Origin: an uncultured Bifidobacteriaceae bacterium
Lineage (GTDB): Bacteria; Bacteroidota; Bacteroidia; Chitinophagales; UBA10324
Direction of reading: 5' to 3'
DNA length: 64,000 bases
NCBI GenBank assembly: GCA_964640655.1
Contig: CAZXFT010000013.1
Span: 13,010-77,009 of the forward strand
Below, piece after piece: positions 10,267 to 18,854 of this stretch. Position numbers and translations under genes: made by a program. Positions within the stretch are counted from its first letter, which is position 1. Each line of letters begins with the position of its first letter. The notes under the pieces are model-generated. The model did no database searches. It saw nothing but the letters and a program-made list of their open reading frames with translations, and was not told the DNA's origin.

Positions 10267-10558
10267 GCCGTTCATCCAACTGCTTGCACTTACTGTAGTG
10301 CCGCTGCTGCTGCCACTCCTTCCCCTTGGCGTGTTAGACAGCGGCATTACGGTTTGTGTTTTTAAAAATATCACCGGCATATCCTGTCCGGGCTGCGGTA
10401 TCACGCATGCATGCTTCAGTCTAGTCCGTGGCCACTTTACAGAAGCCTGGAACTACAACCACCTCATCATCATCATTGCGCCATTATTATTTTTCATCTG
10501 GCTGAAAAAATTATGCGCGCTGTTTATGGAAGACTTGCTACCTAAGCATCTTTCATAA
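10232..10558 (+). CDS. DUF2752 family membrane protein
   Basis: [19 protein letters not shown] motif between TM helices. The only ATG in the ORF lies 35 nt inside the TM2 gene, in a different frame. Confidence 0.65.
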   Translation: MLTAICWLKNNKPFIQLLALTVVPLLLPLLPLGVLDSGITVCVFKNITGISCPGCGITHACFSLVRGHFTEAWNYNHLIIIIAPLLFFIWLKKLCALFMEDLLPKHLS

Positions 10559-10669
10559 GTGAAGATGTTCAACAACCCTTATACGTAATCGTATGATTCT
10601 AATGATTTACAACAACATTCGTTGTATTGCCTATCAAATTCTAAATATCAACTGAATCTTTTTTAATCT

Positions 10670-12007
10670 ATGAAGCTATTGTATGGCATCATGCTGCAAA
10701 TGGGGCTGATTGCTTCTTATCAGAAGACCTATCAACAACTATATACCCCGTTAAATAGGATAATGCATAGCAGCAACCTTCTTTCGTCTGAAAAATCTAA
10801 TCCTGAACTGTATGATAACAAGTCATCAGTACCTGTTGATACGATTATCGCATCCGACTTCAGATTTGAGCTGCATCATAACCCTGTTGTGAATTGCCAC
10901 ACGTGTAAAGGTTGTAAATGTAAAATAGTGCTTGTTTTTGATAAACAGGGGATGGCGGTTTTTCAAAAAATATTCATAGGCAACTATTTAACATACAGTG
11001 CAGAGAACATAGACAGCATGCAGGTCGGCGACTATAACTTTGATGGCCATACCGATTTCAGATTGTACAATGGCAATCTGATGTTTCATGAATATTATGT
11101 TTACCTGCCTTCTGCAAACACATATATCAGAGAACCTTTGCTGAGCCAAATGGTCAGTATGTCATTTGATTTTAAACATCATATAGCTGTAGGCTCACTA
11201 TTCAGCGTTAAACCTTTTAAAGAAAATACCCGCTTGTCTCCTTCCGCAAACTATTTAAATACATATCGGTTCTTTGGAGTTAATCTTGAATATGTAATCA
11301 TTGAAACGTGCATATTTCAAAACCCCTGGAACGGCCCAAATAAATTATTCGACTCCTTACCCGAAATCCTGAATAGAACTGACACGTCTTATTGCACTTA
11401 TAGAAATAGGGAACTCAAAGAAGTTACCAGCATACCCTTAACGAGTAATTTCACCACCGACAGATATAAGTCACCATTTCGTTTTGTAACTCAAGACCAA
11501 TTGATGTTTAATGTCATCAAGATGGAACCTGATTGCCGCACATTAACGGTCTTCTATCAGGATAGCAGTAAGCCTGTTTCTGTTATCAATGCTCAAGGCA
11601 TTTCAATAAATGAACTGAATCTCTGCAACGATTCATTGTTTTTTGAAGACTATAATTTCGACTCCATCCCCGATATCAAAATCAGTTCATCAGCGATTAG
11701 TCAAACCCACTCCTTCTATATTTATAATCATACCAATGCATCATTCGAATATCACGAAGCCTTAAGTAAACTGCAGGATATTTACTTCGATACTAAATCC
11801 AGTAAATTGTATGGTCGTAAAAGAACAGACATCGATGCACTAACCACTCAATCTGATTTTTACGAGTACTTTAATAATCAACTAACCCTTATTAAAAGAA
11901 CACTCTGTAAACGCAAATCCCCGTTTTCTGAAAAAATGATTTGCGAGTATTACGATGTAATTAAGGGCGAGTTGATACTGATACAAACTATTATGGGAGC
12001 AGAGTAA
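10670..12007 (+). CDS. Hypothetical protein with an internal duplication carrying DYNFDG/DYNFDS Ca-loop-like motifs
   Basis: 445-aa ORF. Two about 200-aa halves align (FRFEL...VGDYNFDGHTDFRLYN...YVYL...SFDFKHH versus FRFVT...FEDYNFDSIPDIKISS...YIYN...IYFDTKSS). No signal peptide at the annotated start. Confidence 0.6.
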   Translation: MKLLYGIMLQMGLIASYQKTYQQLYTPLNRIMHSSNLLSSEKSNPELYDNKSSVPVDTIIASDFRFELHHNPVVNCHTCKGCKCKIVLVFDKQGMAVFQKIFIGNYLTYSAENIDSMQVGDYNFDGHTDFRLYNGNLMFHEYYVYLPSANTYIREPLLSQMVSMSFDFKHHIAVGSLFSVKPFKENTRLSPSANYLNTYRFFGVNLEYVIIETCIFQNPWNGPNKLFDSLPEILNRTDTSYCTYRNRELKEVTSIPLTSNFTTDRYKSPFRFVTQDQLMFNVIKMEPDCRTLTVFYQDSSKPVSVINAQGISINELNLCNDSLFFEDYNFDSIPDIKISSSAISQTHSFYIYNHTNASFEYHEALSKLQDIYFDTKSSKLYGRKRTDIDALTTQSDFYEYFNNQLTLIKRTLCKRKSPFSEKMICEYYDVIKGELILIQTIMGAE

Positions 12008-12039
12008 AACTTCACAATTCAACATCGGTTACTTTAACT

Positions 12040-13147
12040 ATGAGATATTTCATTATCAAAATTTTTACTTACACTATGCAGCCTGTTTCTATTCGCTGTT
12101 TGTTTAGCCGATCTGAGATATATGCCCGTTTCCTTTCATATCAGGTCAGATAAAGAGTTCTACTACGAAGGTGAAAAGATGACTTTTTACATCACCATCA
12201 CCAACCGCGATAAAAACAACGCTTACGCTGTGTTGTTGCCTCATACTCAAAACACCGGTCAGAAACTATTCTACTTCAGCCTGTACGATAAAGCAAAAAA
12301 CACGAACCTGCTCCGGGCAAGAGAGGATAGAACAATAACGATGATGGTGCACGATACCGGTTCGGTGAAGATTAGATACCTGCAGCCTTTAGAGCAAATT
12401 GTCGTGCCGTTATATTAGAACTACTTTGAGAATTATTATTCTTATCACACCCAAAATAGCTCACACCATAGTTTCGGCATCCCTTTGTTTGCCGGTATTT
12501 ACAAAATAAACATTACATACAACCCCTTTGGTATTCCTTTAGGCGACAGTATTTACTATTACTATCACAATACCGATCAGGAAATTCCGGACCATCTACT
12601 GCCTATGACTACCGATGGTGAACAAAGCAATTGGATAGATCTTACTATTCGCAGAAGCAACGATAATATTGTTTCCATTGAAAGCAGAAAATACTTTGTT
12701 ATAAAGGAAAACGATTTGTATTTCTACCTCACGGAGAATCTGCCCAAACCGGTAACCGACATCCGATGCGAGCATATCACCAATCTGCCCCCCGACAGTT
12801 GCTCGCTGCCTAATGGGGAATATTTCTATTCTCATTTCAACAACCTTTATGCAGAGTATGTGGTACGCTTTAACGATGGCGATATTCGCCAGTATCGCCG
12901 CTTTCTTGATACCTGCCCCGATTATTTATATACCGAACAGTATAACGAATCAAAACAAATCCTACTCCACGCTTTTCAAATGACGGATAAGCATTTCTAT
13001 AGTGTTACCTATCACCAACCATCCGGAAAAATCAATCAGGAAACTACATGCAATCCGCAGGGAACTCTCTGCACCGTAATTACATATATCTACGATAAAA
13101 ATGGGAACTTGAAAAACATCATATTACCCAAAACGAACCCTGCATAG
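12040..13147 (+). pseudogene. Disrupted gene for a secreted protein (frameshift in an A4T5 run plus an in-frame TAG)
   Basis: The ATG at 12040 (frame 1) encodes MRYFIIK. The hydrophobic signal peptide FLLTLCSLFLFAVCLA continues in frame 2 after caaaattttt (12057-12066). ORFs 12122..12418 and 12485..13147 share frame 2 and are separated only by the TAG at 12416-12418. Confidence 0.6.
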
Positions 13148-13219
13148 AAGTAGAATTGGATGGAGTAAAGAAGAGTTATATTCGTGGGGTGATATTGAAC
13201 AACCAATAAATCAAGTACT

Positions 13220-13849
13220 TTGAAAATAATAGGCTTTGCTAAATTATTATCACTGCTGCTCTTGATTTTATCTGCATCCCTGGCAGTATGTCTCATATCT
13301 GCCTTCATCATCAGCTATAATCAAAGAACCATTTGGCTTTTCACCGAATCTGGTTTTCGTCCCGGGCTTTCTCCTGAGCAAATAGCAGAGTCAACTGCTG
13401 TTTATTACAAGCAGATACTTGAACTGAAAAATGTCAAGTCAGTATCTATGGTATCCATGGCGTGCTGCCTGGCGATGATGCTATGGTTAGCAATTAAAAA
13501 AAAGTTCACATTAAAACCCTTCGATGCTTTGTTCATAATACTGATAACTGCATTGTTCTGCATACTCATTGAATGGCTTCTTATGAACTTCACGGTGAAA
13601 TACGAAGAGGGACATAATGCAACCATCGATCTCGGAATATACATGCAGGTATTCTTGCTCGTAGCCGTTCCCCTGATACTCTACTTATCGTATTACACTA
13701 ATAATATTGAAATAAAGAAAGGCTTACACCGGCAAAAATGGATTTCACTTATTGCACTTATACTTTTTGTATTAACAGGTCTAATTGCTCTCTCGCTTGG
13801 CATCGCTCTAACCTTCTTCGTACCCGAACTTAGTGGAAATATTACATAG
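13220..13849 (+). CDS. Hypothetical polytopic membrane protein
   Basis: 209-aa ORF with about 5-6 hydrophobic helices and a TTG start. No recognisable family. Confidence 0.45.
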   Translation: MKIIGFAKLLSLLLLILSASLAVCLISAFIISYNQRTIWLFTESGFRPGLSPEQIAESTAVYYKQILELKNVKSVSMVSMACCLAMMLWLAIKKKFTLKPFDALFIILITALFCILIEWLLMNFTVKYEEGHNATIDLGIYMQVFLLVAVPLILYLSYYTNNIEIKKGLHRQKWISLIALILFVLTGLIALSLGIALTFFVPELSGNIT

Positions 13850-13857
13850 TTGCTTTC

Positions 13858-14448
13858 TTATTTCCAACTAACCGTACTAATCAACTTTGCCAAATCATCT
13901 TTCACATAATTCAGCGCTGGAGCAATTGAATCTATATTCGGCGTATTACGGAAATACAATGCTCCCCGTATAAAATGATGATTGCTGTCTGTAACAAAAA
14001 ACTGCACATTTGAAGCGGCATTACCCCCCACATCATAATACAAACCATAAACATCTGGCTTTGGGTGTATAAACATAGGGTTAATGTACTCCGCTTTAAT
14101 GGTGTGCTTATATGACATATTATGAGCATCCTCTATCAACCCGGCTAAATCTTCTTTACTCTTCATGCTTTTGTAACTTAAAAAGATGGTGCCGTTCAAT
14201 TCGCCTAACTCTAAACTCATCCAACAGGGATTCTCCGGTACGGTATCTAAAAATGTAGTGTCTTTAAATATCTTAGCATAGGAAGGATATTCAAATGTAA
14301 AAGGACAATCGGCGTTTTCATAAACCTGCGGTTGATTCCTTTCAGGTAATACTATACGGTAATATCCCCGTTGTTTAGGCGTGTATTCTTCATCACAGGC
14401 AGTCAAATACAATAAACAAATAGCAGGCAATAGGTACTTCAATCGCAT
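13858..14448 (-). CDS. gldD: Gliding motility lipoprotein GldD
   Basis: Lipobox LTAC. The PKQRGYYRIVLPE...CWMSLELGELNGTIFLSYK...GNAASNVQFFVTDSNHHFIRGALYF...PNIDSIAP...STVSWK pattern, plus a position directly downstream of gldE as in Flavobacterium johnsoniae. Confidence 0.85.
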   Translation of the reverse strand: MRLKYLLPAICLLYLTACDEEYTPKQRGYYRIVLPERNQPQVYENADCPFTFEYPSYAKIFKDTTFLDTVPENPCWMSLELGELNGTIFLSYKSMKSKEDLAGLIEDAHNMSYKHTIKAEYINPMFIHPKPDVYGLYYDVGGNAASNVQFFVTDSNHHFIRGALYFRNTPNIDSIAPALNYVKDDLAKLISTVSWK

Positions 14449-14451
14449 CTT

Positions 14452-15825
14452 TTACACTTCTTCGATTACGTGAGAAACTTTAACCATTTTAACTCTATGC
14501 TGATCCACAGACATAATCTCGAAGCGATAATTTTTATAGGATAATTGTTCTTTTTCCTCCGGCATCTTGCCACTTAGTTCCATAACCAGTCCGCCAACCG
14601 ATTCTACATCACCTTTCACATCATCAAACGGAAAATTCTTAACCCCCATTACTTTATACACATCATTCAGCAGGGTTTTGCCTTCAAAAATGAAAGTGTT
14701 CTCATCCACTTTGGTAAAATCCATTTCTGTTTTATCATCCAACTCGTCGCGTATCTCACCTATTATTTCTTCGAGTATATCTTCTAAAGTCACAATACCC
14801 GCTGTGCTGCCATATTCATCTATCACTATGGCCAGGTGAATCATTTTCTTCTGAAATTCAATCAGCAACTCGGCTATCTTTTTTCCTTCAGGGACAAAAA
14901 AAGCTTCGCGAATCAACTTGTTCCAGTTGTTATCGCTTCCGTTCTGTAAAAAAGCAAGTAAATCTTTCGTGTACAATACCCCAACAACATTATCCAGCGA
15001 AACTCGATATACCGGTATGCGCGAGTAACCACTCTCACGTACTGTTTTCATCACATCATCAAAATTAAGCGATTCATTCAGTGCCACCACATCGGGCCGC
15101 GGACGCATCACTTGCTTCACTTGTATGCTGCCGAATTTCATTACGCCTTTAAGCAGTTGCACCTCTTGTTCCTGCTGAGTGTCATTGTTTTGCTCTGCCT
15201 CCTGTTTCATTTCATCCAGATCCGATTCCGTAAGATTAGTCACCGTTTCATCCACTTTCTTTTCGGAGTATATCATGAGGCGGGCAAAAGGTTTGATTAA
15301 AAAATAAAACAGCGATAAACCTGGTAACAAAAGCAAAGTCCAGCTGACATTAAACTTCTCAGCAAGCGCGTTGGGAATTACATTTACAAGCATTACCATC
15401 CATAGTGCTACTAAGAATATTTCCGGCACAAAAGGCCACCACAAGGAAGTAGACGAAGCAGTAACCTGCAATGAGATATAGGTAAGCAATATCACCAATG
15501 CTGCAGAAAGTAAAGTATGGGCTAATTGTATGCTGGCTGATAGCAAACGGGGTTGCTCCAGATATTTCTGAAAATAACGATACGCTCTCTTGGAACGGTT
15601 ATTCAGTGTTTCCAGGTCGCGCGGACTGAATGAAAACAAGGCTCTGTCGGCACCGGCAAGTATCAGCACAGAGAAAGACAATACCACACACAGACCTATG
15701 ATGATGATCACAGCCAATGGAATGGCATCCCAATCAATAGATATTCCTGAACTCTTGTTGCTGAGGCCTATGCCGGCATCCAGTATAAGTGAGGGCACTG
15801 TGACCCACGTACTATGACTATCCAA
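14452..15825 (-). CDS. gldE: Gliding motility-associated protein GldE (CNNM/DUF21 + CBS pair + CorC_HlyC)
   Basis: N-terminal 4-TM DUF21 region, CBS pair (VMRPRPDVVAL...GYSRIPVY) and a CorC/HlyC C-terminal domain. Synteny ssb-gldE-gldD. The start is non-ATG (TTG at 15825, or a nearby GTG). Confidence 0.85.
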   Translation of the reverse strand: MDSHSTWVTVPSLILDAGIGLSNKSSGISIDWDAIPLAVIIIIGLCVVLSFSVLILAGADRALFSFSPRDLETLNNRSKRAYRYFQKYLEQPRLLSASIQLAHTLLSAALVILLTYISLQVTASSTSLWWPFVPEIFLVALWMVMLVNVIPNALAEKFNVSWTLLLLPGLSLFYFLIKPFARLMIYSEKKVDETVTNLTESDLDEMKQEAEQNNDTQQEQEVQLLKGVMKFGSIQVKQVMRPRPDVVALNESLNFDDVMKTVRESGYSRIPVYRVSLDNVVGVLYTKDLLAFLQNGSDNNWNKLIREAFFVPEGKKIAELLIEFQKKMIHLAIVIDEYGSTAGIVTLEDILEEIIGEIRDELDDKTEMDFTKVDENTFIFEGKTLLNDVYKVMGVKNFPFDDVKGDVESVGGLVMELSGKMPEEKEQLSYKNYRFEIMSVDQHRVKMVKVSHVIEEV

Positions 15826-15871
15826 ATGATATTACAGACTTTGATTGCTGAGGCTAAAGTACAACATGCAA

Positions 15872-16291
15872 TTAGAATGGAAGGTCGTCGCCGCCTTCTT
15901 CAGCTATAGGAGCTGAATTATCAGCCGGTGGATGTGCCTCGCCAGGTCCATTAACATCGTTGCGTTTATCCAGAATATTTATTGTGTCGGCAATGATTTC
16001 GGTGCGGTACTTTTTGTTGTTGTCTTTGTCGGTCCAACTGGCAGTGCGGATTTTTCCTTCAAGATACACGGCACTACCCTTATGAAGATATTTAGCACTT
16101 ACATCGGCCAGCTGACGCCAGGCTATGATGTTGTGCCATTCGGTTTGTTCTTTAACCTCACCGTTGCGGTCTTTGAATCGATCGGTAGTGGCTAACGAAA
16201 ATTTTGCGATGCTGATGTCACCTTCTAATTTTTGGAACTCGGGATCTTTACCCAAATTGCCAACAAGGATTACTTTGTTAATGCCTTTCAT
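15872..16291 (-). CDS. ssb: Single-stranded DNA-binding protein
   Basis: MKGINKVILVGNLGKDPE...TEWHNIIAWRQLA OB-fold. Acidic tail ending DDLPF. Confidence 0.95.
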   Translation of the reverse strand: MKGINKVILVGNLGKDPEFQKLEGDISIAKFSLATTDRFKDRNGEVKEQTEWHNIIAWRQLADVSAKYLHKGSAVYLEGKIRTASWTDKDNNKKYRTEIIADTINILDKRNDVNGPGEAHPPADNSAPIAEEGGDDLPF

Positions 16292-16323
16292 AATCTTTGG
16301 GGTTTTAGTTGATTTAAAAAAAA

Positions 16324-17418
16324 TTACTTGGTCGAAGATAATGAAATGTTTATGTAATATGCAAGCGTTCGGGGAAAAGAATATTTATCTAAGTCCCTGA
16401 CAGCCACTGATAAAAATATTTTAGACATTCGTCGGTAATCTTTGACACCTAACGATAGTTTGTAAAAGGCAAAATGAACTTCAAGGTGCGTTAATTTTTG
16501 TTTGTGACGGAAAACATCGCTTAATGCAGACATTTTATGCAACCCGGGTACAGCAGAATTTTCTGTTTTAAGTAATTCGGCAAAAGAATACTCTTTCTCT
16601 GTTTCAATTAAAGGCAGCTGATACAAACCTTTCCAGATGTCGCTGGCAGTGCGGCGCTGCAAAAGGATATTTGAGTCGTGCTCAATGATGAAATAGTTGA
16701 AATAGCGTTTTTTAATTAGCACCTTCATTCGCTTTTGTGGCAAATGATGCACTATTTTCTTTTTAAAGGCGACGCAACTGCTATTGAAAACACATGATTT
16801 GCAATCAGGATTGCGCGGCACGCATTGCAAAGCGCCGAAGTCCATAATAGCCTGATTATATTTGCCGGCTTTTTTTTCCGGTAGTAATTGCTGCGCTATA
16901 TTTTTATATAGCTTTTTACCCGCAGTACTTTGATAATTATCATTGATCCCAAACACGCGCGATAACACACGTACTACATTGCCATCCACTACAGCGTGAG
17001 CTTCATTAGCAGCAAATGACGAGATGGCTGAAGCACTGTAATCACCAATGCCTTTGAGTTTAATAAGATGTTCGTAACGAGTAGGAAAACTTGCATTATA
17101 ATGTAGCACTACTTCCTTAGCTGTGTGGTGCATGTTGCGAGCACGGGAATAATATCCCAAGCCCTGCCATAATTTCAATACTTCATCTTCTTCTGCATTT
17201 GCCAATTCAAAAACAGTTGGAAAGCGTAGAACAAATTTTTGATAATAAGGAAGTCCCTGTTCCACTCTTGTTTGCTGCAAAATGATTTCTGCAAGCCAAA
17301 TTTTATAAGCGTCTTTAATGCCTGTCCAGGGCAATCTGCGGTCTATAGTTTTATGCCAATGGAATAATTTCTCTGAAAATTGAAGGTTTTTTTTTCTTTC
17401 AATCCTTTTGTTAATCAT
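16324..17418 (-). CDS. mutY: A/G-specific adenine DNA glycosylase
   Basis: HhH-GPD core (WLAEIILQQTRV, GLGYYSRARN, LKGIGDYSASAI), an [4Fe-4S] Cys cluster (CVPRNPDCKSCVFNSSC) and a NUDIX-like C-terminal domain. Confidence 0.92.
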   Translation of the reverse strand: MINKRIERKKNLQFSEKLFHWHKTIDRRLPWTGIKDAYKIWLAEIILQQTRVEQGLPYYQKFVLRFPTVFELANAEEDEVLKLWQGLGYYSRARNMHHTAKEVVLHYNASFPTRYEHLIKLKGIGDYSASAISSFAANEAHAVVDGNVVRVLSRVFGINDNYQSTAGKKLYKNIAQQLLPEKKAGKYNQAIMDFGALQCVPRNPDCKSCVFNSSCVAFKKKIVHHLPQKRMKVLIKKRYFNYFIIEHDSNILLQRRTASDIWKGLYQLPLIETEKEYSFAELLKTENSAVPGLHKMSALSDVFRHKQKLTHLEVHFAFYKLSLGVKDYRRMSKIFLSVAVRDLDKYSFPRTLAYYINISLSSTK

Positions 17419-17493
17419 TCAGTTATATCATTTCATTCTTTAAAAAATTATTCTCACATTTGCACTCCTTTAAAAAAGAGGGGTAAGAAAAAC

Positions 17494-17838
17494 ATGAGAA
17501 AAGCGGACATTGTTAACATCATTTCTGATAAGACCGGAGTGCCAAAAGTAGATGTTTTGGTATCGCTCGAAGCATTTTTCAAAGAAGTTAAAGACCAGTT
17601 GCGTGAAGGTGAAAATGTTTATGTCAGAGGTTTCGGAAGTTTTATTGTTAAAAAACGAGCTGCGAAAATTGGCAGAAACATAAAGAAAGGTGAGTCACTA
17701 GTTATTCCTGAGCACTTTATACCGGCATTTAAGCCTTCTAAAGCTTTTATCGACCGTGTAAAAAGCGGCAATACGGCCAAGCAGGAACAGTCATTGCACC
17801 GCCGAGATAAAGATGTAGAAATAGACGCTGAAGATTAA
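17494..17838 (+). CDS. HU/IHF family DNA-binding protein with C-terminal extension
   Basis: MRKADIVNIISDKTG...VRGFGSFIVKKRAAKIGRNIKKGESLVIPEHFIPAFKPSK. The ATG at 17494 is preferred over the track start 17380, which overlaps mutY. Confidence 0.85.
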   Translation: MRKADIVNIISDKTGVPKVDVLVSLEAFFKEVKDQLREGENVYVRGFGSFIVKKRAAKIGRNIKKGESLVIPEHFIPAFKPSKAFIDRVKSGNTAKQEQSLHRRDKDVEIDAED

Positions 17839-17843
17839 TTCCA

Positions 17844-18692
17844 TTGAATAAGCCGCTCATTATATTAAGTGTCATTGCTCTGTTTGCTATAGGCGGTCTT
17901 TATTGGTATTCGCAAAAGCCTTCGGATATAAAGGTTAATGCAGAGAGCCAACCTGCTTCTAATAGTACTGAAGCCTATAACGGAAATGCGTTTGAGCACA
18001 TATTGAAAATGGCTTCGCAGCGTGTGGATTCTAAAGTTCTCGACAGTGTGGCTTTAATTCAGAAAGATATTGAGTCAGGTGCCGGCAAGACACAAATAAC
18101 TGCTTACAAAAACTTAGGGGATATATGGTCGCGCAGTGGCAACATCATTTGCGGAGGTCATTATTTTTATGAAAAAGCTAAACTCAGCAACAATCTCGAG
18201 GACTGGCGTTTTGCCGCGGAACTATTGGCTTATGCAGCTGATGGTGCAGCTGATACTATTGCACGTAATTATGCCATTGATTTAGCCATAGGTGGTTTCA
18301 GAAAGGTGTTGGAAATGGATACCTCAGATGTGGATTCAAAGGTTCAATTGGCTGTATGTCTCATTGATGGTAAGAATAAAGTGATGGACGGTGTGTTGCT
18401 TTTAAAACAAGTGGAAAAGGTTCAGCCCGACCATGAGTTTATGAATGTAACATTAGGTCGTTTGGCTATAGTGTCCGGACAGTTTGAGAAAGCGATTCCT
18501 CGTTTAGAAAGACTGACACAGAAGCATCCTGATAACCTGGAAGCATATTATTATTTGTCCGAAGCCTATCGTGCAACAGGAAAAAAAGATCAGGCTATCT
18601 CTTGTTTGGAAAACGCGAAAAAGCATTTTGCCAAGGTGCCTGAAGCACAAAAACAATTAGAAGAATTAATTCAAAACATAAAAAAATCATAA
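17844..18692 (+). CDS. TPR-repeat protein with N-terminal membrane anchor
   Basis: TM helix followed by TPR-like repeats (EAYYYLSEAYRATGKKDQAISCLENA). TTG start. Confidence 0.6.
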   Translation: MNKPLIILSVIALFAIGGLYWYSQKPSDIKVNAESQPASNSTEAYNGNAFEHILKMASQRVDSKVLDSVALIQKDIESGAGKTQITAYKNLGDIWSRSGNIICGGHYFYEKAKLSNNLEDWRFAAELLAYAADGAADTIARNYAIDLAIGGFRKVLEMDTSDVDSKVQLAVCLIDGKNKVMDGVLLLKQVEKVQPDHEFMNVTLGRLAIVSGQFEKAIPRLERLTQKHPDNLEAYYYLSEAYRATGKKDQAISCLENAKKHFAKVPEAQKQLEELIQNIKKS

Positions 18693-18698
18693 ACAACT

Positions 18699-18794
18699 AT
18701 GCCTTGCGGAAAAAAAAGAAAGAGACATAAAATCGCTACTCACAAGCGTAAGAAACGCCTCAGAAAAAATCGTCATAAAAAGAAATCGCGTTAA
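18699..18794 (+). CDS. 31-aa polybasic peptide, possible bS22/AURKAIP1-like ribosomal protein
   Basis: Translated by hand as MPCGKKRKRHKIATHKRKKRLRKNRHKKKSR* (20 of 31 residues are K/R/H). Starts 7 nt after the TPR gene stop. Too short for the supplied ORF track. Confidence 0.5.
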   Translation: MPCGKKRKRHKIATHKRKKRLRKNRHKKKSR

Positions 18795-18818
18795 TTAACG
18801 CAAGTTATCAATGTTCGT

Positions 18819-18854
18819 TGGTGAAGTATTTTTGTGCTTCACCAGCGAAGGTGA
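18819..18854 (+). promoter_or_regulatory. Two mutually exclusive hairpins between the polybasic ORF and the ribonuclease gene
   Basis: TGGTGAAG(18819-18826)/CTTCACCA(18837-18844) competes with TCACC(18839-18843)/GGTGA(18850-18854). No U-tract follows. Confidence 0.35.

Noticed and set aside
12416-12418. The in-frame TAG as evidence of stop-codon reassignment or an alternative genetic code
   Set aside because: TAG terminates well-conserved genes at their expected ends elsewhere in the window (recG at 49535-49537, the glycosyltransferase at 44629-44631, the fn3 protein at 47381-47383). TAA and TGA are also used normally.
17380-17493. N-terminal extension of the HU gene in the ORF track (152 aa from 17380)
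   Set aside because: The extension overlaps the 5' end of mutY and encodes non-HU sequence. HU homology begins at the ATG at 17494. Similar over-extensions were trimmed for DUF4834 (21180 to 21231), recX, asd, the GT2 gene, the Wzy-like gene, the flippase and the fkbM-like gene.
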